Part shown: positions 1-13,735 of the stretch, piece by piece
Position numbering within the stretch: the stretch's first letter is position 1
Layout: each line of letters begins with the position of its first letter
Assembly: GCF_030144855.1 (NCBI RefSeq)
Contig: NC_082714.1
Coordinates: forward strand, 94,798,001 to 94,862,000
Length of the DNA: 64,000 bases
Origin: Hypanus sabinus
Lineage: Eukaryota
Reading direction: 5' to 3'
Notes under the pieces: model-generated
The model's input: the letters and a program-made list of their open reading frames with translations, nothing else
Database searches by the model: none
Told to the model about the DNA's origin: nothing
Program-made: the position numbers and the translations under genes

Positions 1-3000
1 GTCTTAAAAGCGTGAACATTATGAGAGGTTTAGCGCAGGAGAGGTCCTCCGAGTTTGGGACTTTGTCTATCCAGGTGATGCCGACGATGCGACGAAGGCT
101 GTACAGGTAAAAACTATTGAATTCCTCTCTTGTTTGGAGTAGATAGTCCAACTCTCTACCATATGGGGGGTGTTGATAACGGATGCATTGTACACGGCAG
201 TCTTGGTCTTTGTAGCGAGTTTCGGATTCTCCTAGACCCGCAAGGAAACTCGAGCAAGGATCGATGTTGCTTTACCGATACGTCTATTGATTTCAGCATC
301 GAGGGAGAAAGTCGCTAATTGTCGACCACAAGTATGTGAACTCCTGGACCACTTCTAGATCATAATATTCAATAGTAATGACTGGTGTCTTCAGAACGTT
401 CTGGGCAAAGACATTTGTTTTCTTTAGGCTGCTGGTAAGTCCGAAGTCCTTGCATGCCTTAGAGAAGCAGTCCATAAGAGTTTGTAGCTGTTGTTTGGTG
501 GCATGGTTACATCAGCGTCATCGGCAAAGAGCATGTCACGTATTACGATCTTTCGCACCTTTCTTCTTGCTCCGATCCGCGCAGGGTTGAACAGCAGCCC
601 ATTGGACTTGGTGAGCATGTAGATACCTTCTGTCGACGTCCCAAACATGTGCTTCAATAGCATAAGAAGAAGATGCCGAATAATGTTGAGACCAACACGC
701 TCCTTGTTTGACTCCACTATGAATAGCGAAGGGTTCTGATAAGCTGCCATCCTACTGAACAGTAGACCTCATGTCGTCATGCAATGACTTGATGATACTT
801 TGGAGTTTCGGGGGACAGCGATCTTGAGGAGAATCGGAAAGAGCCCATCCCTGCTGACAAGGTCGAATGCTTTGTTCAATTCAATGAAAACGACATTGAG
901 GGGTTTCTGTTGTTCCATGCGCTTCTCCTGAAGTTGACGGAGTGAGAAAATCATGTCGACAGTTGACCTCCTTGCGCGAAGACCACATTGGGGCTCAGGA
1001 TAGAACCGTTCTGCCAGAGTTTGTAGACGTGCCACAGCTACACGAGCGAAGACTTTGCTGACAGTACTCGAGCGGGAGATAACCTTGTAGTTGTTGCAGT
1101 CGCTCCTATCACCCTTGTTCTTATATAAAGTGACGATTTTGGAGTCGCACGTGTCCAGTGGTACGGTTCCTTCCTTCCAGCACTGACGGAGGTGCTCGTG
1201 TAAAGGTTGGAGGAATGAGCTATTGCTGTGTTTCATCATGTCTGGAGGAATCCCATCATTGCCAGAGCTTTCCCTGGGACAAGACTGTCAAATGCCATGC
1301 TGAGATCCTCAGTGGTTGGTTCTGAGTCGAGTTCATCCATGACTGGTAGACGGGCAATCGCTGGCATCAGTGGGTGAGCTAACAACATTTCCCTCGAGTA
1401 GAGCGCACAGTAGTGTTCTACCCAGCGTTCCATCTGTTTGCTTTTATTGGTGATTATTTCACCGCTGGATGACTTCACGGGTGCTGTCTTGCTCCGCGAT
1501 GGGCCGAGGTCCTTCTTGATACCATCACACATCGATCTGATGTTGCCTGTCACAGCTGCAGTCTGAATGTCCTCACTGAGCTCGAGCCAGTATTCATTTG
1601 CCCACTGCCTTGCTGTCTGTTGCACTTTGCTTCTGGAAGATCGAACTGCCTGCAGTGTTTGTTTGAATGGTGGGCGCTTGTACTCTGTGAGAGCTGCACG
1701 CCTGGCTTCAATGTCAGGGGTCATGATGGTGGACTTTGCCTCAAACCAGATACTGCTTTTTCATGTCTTTCTTTCAAGGATAGAGAGTGCTGATTCGCGG
1801 ATGTTGTCGCGAAGGTATGACCATTCTGTTGCAGTATCTCCTTTTCAGGAGGTAGCTATAGCACCCTGAACTGACTTGGCAAACTGGTCAACCTTTTTCT
1901 GACTGTTTCATCTCTGTTTTGTTGATGCGAGTTTTGTCAGTTTGTTTTGAGTGGTGGATTTTCTTCGGACGTAGTTTGACCTTGCAGCATGCTAAAGCAT
2001 GATCCGGATAGCAGTCTGCACTGTGGTATGAGCGGCTGATAGTACAGACTTGAAGAAAGAGCGCCTGGTATTGATCATGTCTAGGTGGTGCCAGTGTTTA
2101 GACCGTGAGACCTTGTACTGCGACTACACCTGAAAATAAGAGTTAGTTACACACAGTCCGTAACAGGAGCAGAACTCCAGGAGAAGTCGTCTATTGTCAC
2201 TTATATTGACCATTCCAAAGTGGCCAGGATAAGACAGCCAGGAATCGTTATTGGCTCCCTGGCTGGTGTTGAAATCACCAAGGAGAACGAAATGCTCATC
2301 ACTGGGAATATTCCTGACAACAGCTTCTAATATGTTGTAGAACATGTCTTTTGCCTCAGAGGTGGAGTTCAAGATAGGAGCATACACACTGACGAGAGAT
2401 ACTGGGCCATGACTGGTGTGCAGGCGGAGAGTAATAAATCCTTCTGATCCATTTTCTTGTGGCTCCACCACTTGCAACAAAGAGTTCCTAACAGCAAAAC
2501 CCACTCTGTGCTCGTGGGGCTCGTCTTGGTTGTTTCCCTGCTAGAAAAAGGTGTAGTCCCTTTCCTTCAGTGTACCTGAATCCATCAAACGTGTTTCTTC
2601 TAGCTTTATCTGCCTTGCGCTTTGATAGCTCACTGTTAATGACGGCTGTTTTTAGCACATCATCGATATCCTTGAGGTTTTGGTCAAGTGCAGTCAGCAC
2701 TGTGCGGGCATCCCAACTTGAGGGGTGTTGTCTTATTCGATTTTTTGTCTTTCTTGTCTTGTCCAGTAATTACAGTCAACGTTTCGTGGAATAATCCATT
2801 ATCCCCAGGCACCCAATGAAGAAAACTGACTGTGGCGGAACAGCACCTTATTGGCTGGGAGCTGCCCTGCTTGATGTAGGCGGTAGCTGTCTGGTGATAC
2901 GCGATGGTCTCTCCCACCGTCGGAAGTAAACCTTGGCGCCATGCTCTACGCCAATCAAGCATTATGACATAACCTGTACCTGCTGCTTCCCATGTTTGTC

Positions 3001-3430
3001 CAGCGCTATAAAGCAAAACGGGAGTGGCTTCTCCAGCGCGCAAGCCAGGGCAGAACTGATAAAAGTGATCTGTCTGTTGCCCATGCAGTTGGACCCTCCT
3101 CTCCATGTTGTTGACGGGTCCAAAGGAACGACGACAGTCGATACAATTTGGTGCCAGCAGCATCGCTGGGTGCCAGTACTGGGTACAGCAGTCAGTCGCC
3201 TTCGTGACGCCGACTCCGGATTTAACCTCCGGGTTTATACCCGATGCCTTTCCCGTGAGCGGGTATAGCCGCAAGCAGCAGAGGTTTGTAATCGGAGTCC
3301 CTCTCCTAGAAGAGCTACCATCCGTGGTTAACCACCCCAATCTGCACGGGGCAACTGGTTTTAAGGAGCCACTTGTCCACCTTATCCCCTGCATTTGTTT
3401 AGCAGTGGGAGCTTGCCCACTACTACTACC
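1..3430 (-). mobile_element. Decayed RTE-clade LINE (unit A copy), runs off the window start
   Basis: Minus-strand fragments: APE (GFAVRNSLL, VSVYAP, LLGDFN), linker (WLELSEDIQTAAVTGNIRSM), RT (YKNKGDRSDCNNY, RSTVDMIFSLRQLQEK, MLFADDA). Many stops and frameshifts. Colinear with 35219-38730. Confidence 0.9.
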
Positions 3431-3459
3431 CTTCCACTATGAATATACTGGGAGTGCCT

Positions 3460-3760
3460 AGGACCAGAGAGCACAGCCTTAGAGGAAAGGGACATCCCTT
3501 CACAATGGAGAGAAGTAGGAACGGTTCCGCTAGTGGGTAATTATTCTGTGGAATTCATTGCCACGGACGGATCTGGAGGCCAACATTGGGTATATTTAAA
3601 GCGGAGGTTTTGCAGGCTCTTGATTTGTATCAAAGATGATAGGGTCAATGTGGGTTAATGAGGTAAACTTGAGTGGTATATTAAACGGGCCATGATTGAA
3701 TGGCAGAGCACACTATTGGGCGAATGGCTTAATTCTGCTCTTTCGCTTTATGGACTTATC
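3460..3760 (+). mobile_element. Old CR1 3' fragment
   Basis: CR1-like 3' UTR (ggccatgattgaatggcagagc...gggcgaatggcttaattctgctc). The paralog is at ~38730-39290. Confidence 0.6.
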
Positions 3761-4021
3761 AATGTAAATAGCAAACCTCGTATAAATGAGTGAGGACAAT
3801 AATGTAGGGGAGGGGTTCAGAAATTCCAACAAAGATTTTTTACTGTCCATCTGTCGCAGTCAGCAATTTCAGAAAACTAAACCATGAAGGAAATAAAACG
3901 AACAATTCAATACGGTTCTGATCCATAAGCATTCCTCCTCAGAAATTATCTACATTTATACATTACATACAAATTACCTAGTAACGAATTCTACTCCTCC
4001 GGCATGTGAAGGATATAAGCC

Positions 4022-4043
4022 ATCAATTCAATTCAATTCAATT
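4022..4043 (+). repeat. (CAATT)n microsatellite, paralog at ~39561-39582
   Basis: catcaattcaattcaattcaatt seen directly in both units. Confidence 0.8.
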
Positions 4044-5019
4044 ATGGTGCTAAAATTTGTATAATATGCAAAAGAAAGTTTTGACTTTTCCAGCATTGAA
4101 TTCTTCTCTCACTAAGATCCAATATTTGCAATAAACTTAAGTAATTCCAGAGTATTAAGGGCATATTTCAAAATGGCATTTTCTTCTACAATTCTCTGTC
4201 AAAGGGTAATAAAATGTGAGACGGCACGGAAAAATTAGGGCTCCGGGTGTTTCAGTTTCCACTGGTCAACCTGTGGTGGCGATAGAGTGTCGTCTTAGAC
4301 TGAAGACGAACCCAGCTTGCCAAAGCAGTTTCAGAGACGGCGCCTTTTCAACAGCATTGCAGACAGCCCACTAAACGCAAATCACCAGTGGACACATTGA
4401 TGGTATGCGGTTGTTCCTGTGATATACTCAATAGGGCATTTTTTGAAAGACCAGATTATCTGCTTTATTAAAGTCCTTATTCAGACATCGCTCTCATCTC
4501 TGGTCACAAGGGAGAATGGTATATTTTCCTTCAGGTATTGAGTGGAACTAAGTGATCTATCAATTAAATAGTTCCACTTTACAGAAATAGATCAGTATTA
4601 TTCCTCTATGACCTTTCCCTGATATCACTTTTGCAACCATCCAATACGTCGCTGTCTTGGTTAAACTCTGATGCGCTGGCGGAGCAAATTCATGCCTGAA
4701 CAGTTTCCCTGAGCCAAGTGAAAGAGGGTATTCAGAGCAGATACAAAGAAGCAACAAAGCAATATGGGGCCAGGTAGAAGTCATTCGGAAGCCCACGAGC
4801 GGAAAAAAAAGTGAACAACACTGAGAATGCAACCTTTCGATGCAAATACATACTCGGGCTTATTTTTAAACGTACGGACATGTTACATGTGGAATAACAA
4901 AAGGATTCGCCGTCTACAGTCTGCAAAGGAGGAACAGAGGAAGAAGTTCTGTTCACCAAGCATGGAGTATGGAAAGAATTGGAGCCTTTTCCATCAGCCG
5001 CTCATTGCTGGGGAATAGG

Positions 5020-7270
5020 AAGACGGAAAGGTCTGGATGGTTTGGAGTTTGTTGAATGTGTGCAGGATAGTTTTTTGCAGCAATACATAGAGGTACCAAC
5101 TAGAGAATGGGCAGTGTTGGATCTCTAGTTAAGGAATGAGATAGGTCAGGTGACGGAGGTATGAGTTGGGGAGCACTTCGGGTTCAGTGATCACAATACC
5201 ATTAGTTTCAATATAATTATGGAGATGCCTAGGATGGACACAGGGTTGAGGTTTTTGATTAAAGAAAGGCTAACTTTGAGGAGATGCGAAAGGATTTAGA
5301 AGGAGTGCATTGCGACAATTTGTTTTATGGGAAGGATGTAAAATGGAGCTCATTTAAAGGTGAAATTTTGAGGGTACAGAAACATTATGTTTCTGTTAGT
5401 TTGAAAGGAATGGTTACAAGTATGAGAGAACCATGGTTTTCAAGGGATATTGGAAACTTGGATCGGAAAGAGAGAGAGATCTACAATAAATATAGGCAGC
5501 GTGGAGTAAATAAGGTGCTCGAGGAATATAATGTATAAAGAATCTTAAGAAAGAAATTAGAAGAACTAAAGAGTTTGCTTTTGCAATTAAGCTGAAAATA
5601 AATCCAAAGGGTTTCTACAGTTATATTAATAGCAAAAGGATAGTGAGGGATAAAATTGATCCCTTAGAGGATCAGAGTGTATGGAGCCAAAAGAGATGGG
5701 GAAGATTTAGAACAATTTCTTTTCATCGATATTAATTAAGGAGTATGATATTGAATTGAGTAATGTAAGGGAAACAAGCAGGATGGTTATGGAAACTATG
5801 ATGATTAAAGAAGAGGAAGTACTAGAGCTTTTAAAGAATATAAAAGTGGATAAGTCCGGATCCGGGTCCTGACAGGATATTCCCTAGGACCTTGAGGGAA
5901 GTTAATGTAGAAATAGCAGGGGCTCTGACAGGAATATTTCAAATGTCGTTAGAAACGGGAATGGTGCCGGATAATTGGCGTATTGCTCATGTAGTTCCAT
6001 TGAGTAAACCTAGCAATTATCGGCCTGTAGGTTTGACGTCAGTGGTGGGTAAATTAATGGAAAGTATTCTTAGAGATAGTACATAATTATCCGGATAGAC
6101 AAGATCTGATTAGGAGCAGTCAACATGGATTTGTGCGTGGAAGGTCATGTTTGACAAATCTTATTGAATTTTTATAAGAGGTTACTAAGAAAGTTGACGA
6201 AGGTAAAGCAGTGGATGTTGTCTATATGGATCTTCAGTACAGCCTTTGACAAGGTTCCAAATGGAAGGTTAGTTAGGAACGTTCAATCGTTAGTCATTAA
6301 TATTGCAGTAGTAAAATAGATTCAATGTTGGCTGGATGGGAGATGCCAGAGAGTAGTGGTGGATAACTGTTCGTCAGGTTGGAGTCAGGATAGTGGTGTG
6401 CCTCAGGGATCTGTACTGAGTCCAATGCTGTTTGTCATATACATTAATGATTTGGATGATGGGGTGGTAAATTGGATTAGTAAGTATGCTGAAGATACTA
6501 AGATAGCTGGCGTTGTGGATAGTGAAGTAGGTTTTCAAAGCTTGCAAAGAGATTTGGGCCAGTTAGAAGAGTGGGCAGAGCGATGACAGATGGAGTTTAA
6601 TGCTGATAAGTGTGAGGTGCTACATTTTGTTAGGAATAATCAAAATAGAACATACATGATAAATGGTAGGACGTTGAGGAATGCAGTAGAACAGACTATT
6701 CTAGGAATAATGGTGCATAGTTCCCTGAAGGTGGAGTCTCATGTGGATAGGTTGGTCAAGAAAGCTTTTGTTATGCTGGCCTTTATAAATCACAGCATTG
6801 CATATAGGAGTTGGGATGTAATATTGAAATTGTACAAGGCATTGGGAGGCCAAATTTGGGGTATTATGTACTTTTCAGGTCACCGAATTATAGGAAGGAT
6901 GTCAACAAATTAGAGAGAGTACAGAGGAGATTTACTAGAATGTTACCTAGGTTTCAGCACCTAAATTACAGAGAAAGATTGAACAAGTTATGTCTTCATC
7001 CTTTGGAGCGTAGAAGGTTGAGGGGGGAAATTGATAGAGGTATTTAAAATTATGAGGGGGGTAAATAAAGTTGACATGGATAGACTTTTTCCATTGAGAG
7101 TAGGGGAGATTCATTCAAGAGGACCTGAGTTGAGAGTTAAGGGGCAAAAGTTTAGGGGTAACGCGAGGGGGAACTTCTTTACTCAGAGAGTGGTAGCTGT
7201 GTGGAACGAGCTTCCAGTAGAAGTGGTAGAGGCAGGCTCGATTTTGTCATTTACAAAAAAAAATTGTTTA
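5020..7270 (+). mobile_element. 5'-truncated decayed CR1 LINE
   Basis: RT fragments SNYRPVGLTSVVGKLMESIL, SGVPQGSVLSPMLFVIYINDLD, KYAEDTK, KCEVLHF, VELWNELP-like C-terminus. Same family as 24085-28290. Confidence 0.9.
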
Positions 7271-7330
7271 AGTATATGGACCGGAAAAAATGTGACAAAC
7301 ACATTGATGAAGGAAGGGAAGCAGATGTAG

Positions 7331-9610
7331 TGTATATGGAATTCAGCAAGGCATTTCTTTTTCTTTTTCAGTATTTTTATTCAGAAGATAAAACAAGATT
7401 TACAGAATGCAACACATTGATGCATCTCAACATAAAGTGTGTACATTCATATACTGTAATAAAATTGATCAAAATGTTATAGCATATCACATAAAGGTAT
7501 ACCACACGGTAATCAAAAATTTAAAGATAGGTCATACATTATAAAAGAAATTTTTATATAAAAAGTCAACCCCCTACCAACTACCAAAGAAAAAAGCTGA
7601 TGGATGATAATGGATAATTAGAAAAAAAAACATATTCGCTTAAGAGGAGAAGATAGAAATATACATAAAAGTCTGTGCACTGTTAGGCTTTATAAATTGG
7701 AAAAGTAATTTAGGAAAGGTCCCCAGATATCGTAAAAAGATAGTTTCGAATTTAAGACTGAGCAGCGGATCTTCTCTAAATTTAAATAAGACATAATATC
7801 ACTTAGCCATTGAAGATGTGTAGGAGGGGTAGACTCCTTCCTTTTAAGCAAGATTGCTCTCCTTGCTAAAAAAAGAAGTAAAAACTAAAACCTGTAGGTT
7901 AGGAGCATTTAAAGTTATATCTTCATTTGCAATAATACCAAACAAGGCGGTAAGGGGATTTGGGTCAAATTGGACCCTAAAAGATTGTGAGAAGGTATGA
8001 AATACTTCCCGACAAAACTTTTCAATTTTAGGACAAAACCAAAACATATGAATTACAGAGGCATCGGCAGAGTTGCATTTATTACAAAGTGGTGAACCGT
8101 TCGGATAAAAACTGGACAGCTTCTGTTTAGAAATGTAAGCCCTATGAGCCACTTTAAATTGTAGAAGAGAATGACGAGCACAGAAAGATGATTTATTAAC
8201 CCGTTTAAGGATTTTATTCCATCTTTCATCAGAAATCTGACAGTTTAGGTAATCCTCCCAAGCTTTTTTTTTATTTTATCTAAAAAGTCTTGTCTAGGAT
8301 CAATCAACAATTTACAGATACCGGTAATAGAGCCATTAACAAATGGTTTTAAATTTAAAAGATTGTCCAGTAAATTTTATCAGGATCTATAGGAAAAGTA
8401 GTTAATTAGAAACGTAAGAAATCTCTAATTTGAAGGTATCTGTAAAAATTTGTTTTTGGCAGTGCAAATTTAGTTGACAATTGGTCAAATGAAGCAAGAG
8501 ACCCTGAGATAAATAGGTCCCAAAAACACTTAATACCTAGTTCATCCCAATCTTTAAAGACTTTGTCAGTCATGAAAGGGATAAAAAAAATTAAGGAGAT
8601 TGGGAGATGAGAATGAAAAATTCGCTAAACCAAAAAATTTTCTAAATTGAGACCAGATCCTTAAACGTTGCTTAACAATTATATTATCTGTTACTTTATT
8701 TGCTGAAAAAAAGAGTATGATCTAAGAAGAGAGGCAATAGAGGAATTTTTTACAGAATTAACTTCTAAGGAGACCCATGAGGGCCAATTTTTACGATAAA
8801 TATAATAGGACCAAAAAGTAATATTCCTTATATTGGCAGCCCTAAAATCCTAAATCCCTATAGGTAAAACCTAAAATTGGGTAAGGTTAATCCACCCGTC
8901 TCTTTATTTCTTTGTAGGTAAACTTTACTTAAACGAGCTTGTTTATTATTCCAAATACAAGATGTTAAAATTGAATCTAAAGTATCAAAGTAGGTCTTAG
9001 GAATAAAAATAGGTAAATCCTGAAAAAGATATAAAAATTTAGGAAGAATCTTCATTTTAATCGAATTAATTCGGCCAATTAGGAATAAAGAAAGAGGAGA
9101 CAATTTAGAAAGCGTCTTTTTCACATAATTCAATAAAGGGTTTAAGTTTTCTTGAAATAAATTTTTGAATTTTTTAGTAATTGTTACACCTGGATATGTA
9201 AATTGATTTGTAACAACTTGGAACGGAAATTTGGCATTGACGACATTAGGTCATTTAAAGGAAATAGCTCACTTTTATGTAAGTTCAGCTCATATCCTGA
9301 AAAATAATTAAACTGGGAAATTAAATAAAGAACCGAAGGTAAATAAGTTTCGACGTTAGAGATAAAAAGTAAAATACCATCAGCGTATAACGAAATTTTA
9401 TGAGTCATACCTTCCCTTAGTATGCCAGAAATGTCCTTAGATTCTTGAAATGCTATTGCTAAGGGTTCTATAGCTAAAGTAAAATGTAAAGGACTAAGAG
9501 GGCAACCTTGTCTATTTCCCCACTGTAATTTAAAGGGCTTAGACATTTGAGAATTAGTAATAACCTGAGCGGTAGGAGACAAGTAAATTAATTTAACGCT
9601 ACGATGCAAG
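7331..9610 (-). mobile_element. L1/Tx1-clade LINE 3' half, inserted into a CR1 in unit A only
   Basis: ORF2 motifs GNRQGCPLSPLHFTLAIEPLA, KISLYADGILLF, MKILPKFLYLFQ..PIFIP, C-terminal CNKCNSADASVIHMFWFCP. T-rich end at ~7335. It interrupts a CR1 that is continuous at ~46900 in unit B. Confidence 0.85.
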
Positions 9611-10620
9611 GTAACTCCTTAATTTATTGAGAAAGTAAGGAGGCATGGGATCCAAGAGGACATTGTTTAGTGGATTCAGAACCAGCTTCCTCACAGAAGG
9701 CAAGGAGTGGTGGTAGTCGGGTCATATTCTACACGGAGGTCGGCCAACAGTGGTGAGCCTCAGCCATCTGTTCTGGGACCCTTACTCTTCGTGATTTTTA
9801 GAAATTACCTGGATGAAGAAGTGGAGGGATGGGTTAGTAAGCTTGTTGTGGATCGTGTGGAGAGCTGACATTGATAGGATGCAAAACTGGGCTGAGAAGT
9901 AGCAGATAGAGTTCAACCCAGATAAGTGTAAAGTGGGTTATTTCGGTAGGTTAAATATGATGGCAGAATATAGTATTAATGGTAAGACTCTTGGCAGTGT
10001 GGGATATCAGAGGGATCTTGGAGTCTGAGTTGCTCAAAACTGCGGCGCAGTTTGACTCTGTGGTTAAGAAGGCGTATGATGTATTGGCCTTCATCAATCG
10101 TGGAAATGAATTTAGGGGCCAAGAGCTAATGTTGCAGCAATATAGGATCTTGTTCAGACCCCACGTAGTACTGTGCTCAGTTCTGGTCGCCTCACTACAG
10201 GAAGGATGTGGAAGGCATAGAAAGCGTGCAGAGGATATTTACAAGGATATTACCTGGATTGGGGAACATGGCTTAAGAGAATAGGTTGAGTGTACTCGGC
10301 CTTTTCTCCTTGGAGCTGCGGAGGATGAGAGGTGACCTGATAGAGGTGCATAAGTTGATGAGAGGCATTGATCTTGTGGATAGTCGGAGGCTTTTGCCCA
10401 GGTCTGAAATGGAGTAGGTACAGAGGAGACGTCAGGGGTAGGTTTTTTACTCTCTGTGGTTTGTGCCTGGAATCGGCTGCCGGCAACGTTGCTGGCGGCG
10501 GATGCATGGGGCTTCGGAAAATGGAGGGCTATGGGTAAGCCCAGCAATTTCTAAGTTAGAGAAATGTTCGGCACAACTTTGTGGGCCGAAGGGCCTGTTT
10601 TGTGCTGTACTTTTTCTGTC
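9610..10620 (+). mobile_element. CR1 3' portion with tail; its 5' piece lies at ~7277-7330
   Basis: CR1 RT remnants and the tail ggcacaactttgtgggccgaagggcctgttttgtgctgtac. Paralogous to ~46846-48060. Confidence 0.85.
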
Positions 10621-10789
10621 CTCTGATTTCAAACTCAACAAAGAAAAAGGAAACAATGATTTATAATAATGAATAAATACGTATTAAATATCAAGAAAAT
10701 GTGTCCACAGTTTGTGGAACCACTTCATTGTTGGGGTGAGTAAAACTGTTTCAAGTTATCCCCTCTTCTTCAAGAGCTTGAGGTTTAGG

Positions 10790-12290
10790 GGTAATAACTA
10801 ATAATTCTGCCTCTACCTCCACTACAAGCACTACATTCTAGGCATCAGCAACTCTGTGCAAAGAAACATGCGCCTCATCTCTCCTTTTAAACTACCCCTC
10901 TCAGATTAAAGACATGGCGTCTGCTGTCAGATTTTTCAACTCCGGGTGAAGTTACTATCTTTCTACTCTATCAATGCCGCTCGTAACCTTATGCACCTTT
11001 ATCAAATCTCCCATTAGCCTTAGGCGTTCCAGAGAAAATAAGGCAATTTGTATTTGCTCTCGTTATCGTGCATGCCCTCTAATCAAGGCAACATCTGTTA
11101 AACCCTGTGTGCACCTTGTCCAAATCCTCGATTTCCTTCCTGTGACTAGAACTGTATACAGTACTCCTACTGAGGCCTAACAAGAGGTTTGTAAAGCTGC
11201 AACATAACTTCCTGACATTTGAACTCATGAATTTATCGGCTGATAAAAGCGAACATTCCATATGGTTTCTTAGCCACACAATCAGGGAGCAACATTCGGG
11301 GTGCTATAAACTTAGATCCCAAGACCGCTCTACTCATCAACACTGATAAGGATCAATACTGCCTCTTTTCTTTTGACCTACCAACGTACGACACTTTACA
11401 TTACACTCCACCTGTCATTTCTCCGCCCATATCTGCAAGTGCTCTATACTCCGCCCATATCTGCAAGTGCTCTATATTCCGCTGAATTCTTTGCCAATCT
11501 GCTATACTATTCACAACAGGATCAATCTCCGACACATTGCGCACTGCCCATGCACATTATATTAACATCATTTAAAGCCATCACCATCACCAGATAAAAG
11601 TAGGAAAATCGTATGTACAGCTCCTAATCGCAGGCTTCAAGCTAGAATATGGCCCCCGACTACTATACTCCATCTGTTGAAGGCAAGCTGGTTTTTAATC
11701 CAGCTGGCCAATTCATTGTGCATCCCTTGATACTTCGTCTTCAGGATGAGCCTACCATGAAGGACCTTATCAAATGCCTCACTAAAATCCATGTACATAA
11801 CTTCCACAGTTCTACCTTCATTAATCACCCTCGTCGCCTCAGCAAAAAAAACAACTAAATAAAGTTTAGAAGAAACGACCTGTCCCATCCAAAACTCTGC
11901 TGATTCTCCCGAAGTAAGCCATGATTTTCCAAATGCTCCTAAATTCATAAATGAGATCCATCATGCTATACATTCCAGGATTATCTCTTGTTCTATTCTT
12001 GAACAACGGGAAAACATTGCATAATCGCCAGTCTTCCATGACCTCTGCTGTTGCTAGAGAGGACACGAATATATTGGTTAAGGCAACAGCAATCTCTTCT
12101 CATGCATTTCTCCATCACATGGGCTGTATACGACAAGCCCTAGAAACATCTTCACCTTAATGTGTTTTCAGAAACCCAACACAATCTCGAAATGTCCTAA
12201 CACTGAGTACAACTGATCTCCCTATCCTCCACGTGTTTCTTCACAAACTTCTATCAAAGCAGAGGCATGTCTTTTTTCTTTGTTCGTTTG
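10790..12290 (-). mobile_element. Old CR1 fragments
   Basis: YMDFSEAFDKVLHGRLI, EDWRLCNVFPLFK. The paralog is at ~49560-51050. Confidence 0.75.
11421..11476 (+). repeat. 28-bp tandem duplication
   Basis: ctccgcccatatctgcaagtgctctata occurs twice. It is single-copy at the paralogous site near 50214. Confidence 0.9.
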
Positions 12291-12299
12291 TTTGCAATG

Positions 12300-12720
12300 T
12301 CAATTACGTGCTGGACCCAGGACAGATACTCCGGAATGTATAACATCGAGGGAGGTTAGGTTGCTGACCCTCTGGACCTCTGATACACGGATGAGGACTA
12401 GCTCATGGATTCTGGTTTCCTCCTCCTGGTGTCAATAAGCAGCTTATCGCTATTGCGGCCATTGATTGATAACATGGTGATGTGGCACCATTCAGCCAGA
12501 TAGGGATCCTGTCCATACGTGTCAGTCTTGTCCTCCGAGGAAGTAAAGACCACACGATCAGTATGGGGAATTGGATACGAGGAGCAGAGGTCGAAGACAT
12601 ATGGACATGTGCTTGGCAAATGCGTTTAGGAGAGGTAGTTGACTTGGTTGACTTTGATGCGTTGGGACAAAGAATCTGTACTGTATAACTATAATTCAAC
12701 TGCGTTTGTTATTAAACAGG
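12300..12720 (-). mobile_element. Rex1/Babar-like LINE RT fragment
   Basis: LAEWCH...LSING..KLLIDTRR resembles the Rex1 LxxWCxxNNLxLNVxKTKELIIDFR motif. The paralog is at ~51060-51540. Confidence 0.55.
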
Positions 12721-13509
12721 GACGTGGTATTAGTGTGATAGCTCGTTATCAGAGGTGCAGAAAGGCCTATTTAAAAATATTATTTAGTATAGACACTGAA
12801 ATAGTAGGGCAAAATATATTTTAAATTGAGGGCAACCAATAAAGTTGTGGATCCAATATCTTCTGCGCTGGTTCATGGCACAGGTATTTTTTCATCCAAG
12901 CACGGCAAGTGTAAGGGAGTACAAATGTTGGCCTTCACCAAGGACTTTTGAAGGCGGGAGATATTAATCCCGGGTTGAGAGAAAACCTCGCCATTCAGGC
13001 AACAGGTTTGACTTCAGATCCAATTGCACGCTATGTTCGTGTGACCCTTGCGTTCCTGTAAGAGAGGACTGGCCCTGAGAGAGAGAAACTAAACCGACGG
13101 ATTTAGATAAACGAGAGGCGATGACGCTGATAGGCATTCGGTTACAAAGAGGATGCAAAGACTCTGTCCTCTGAATAAGCGATGGAAAACAGGATGAACT
13201 ACTGTGACGTGACCCAAATCAGTCAGAGGCTGTGCATCTATGGAACATTCTCCACAGAGCTCTGTAAATGTTCGGTTGCTCAGCAGGTTCCAGCCTGGGA
13301 AAGACAGATACTTGGGGACAACGTGATTCAGCGCTGCAGGGATCAAGCAAGGTGGATCTGTGCGATTGATCAACTATGAGCTTAGGGAACAGAAAAACAG
13401 GTACGGGAGGTCCAATAAGTGATTGCATTTATTCCCATGTGTGTCCAGATTTGAAATCATTTTACGCATTATCAGACACAATAATGACATAAGTCGGCAC
13501 TACCATACA

Positions 13510-13735
13510 CCTCTTCCTCTCTCACATCCCTCTACTTTCACTTCTCTGCCTTGCTCCCTCTCTATCTCTGTATCTCTCACACACAACCCCTCTGTCCCTT
13601 GTCATTCGCAGCTCGCTCTTTCTGATTCCCTTCCCCACTTTACACTTTACCTTTCCCCCTCCTTATCACCTTCTCATTCTCGGTCTCTCTCCTCTTCCCT
13701 GACACTCTTCTTCTCTTTCCAACATATCACTTAAA
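13510..13735 (+). repeat. CT-rich low-complexity tract
   Basis: Pyrimidine-rich run. Related tracts lie at ~52270-52400 and, inverted, at ~49040-49250. Confidence 0.7.

Noticed and set aside
11421-11476. Short direct repeats (28 and 31 bp) as a CRISPR-like array
   Set aside because: Only two adjacent copies with no spacers. These are simple slippage duplications in a vertebrate genome.
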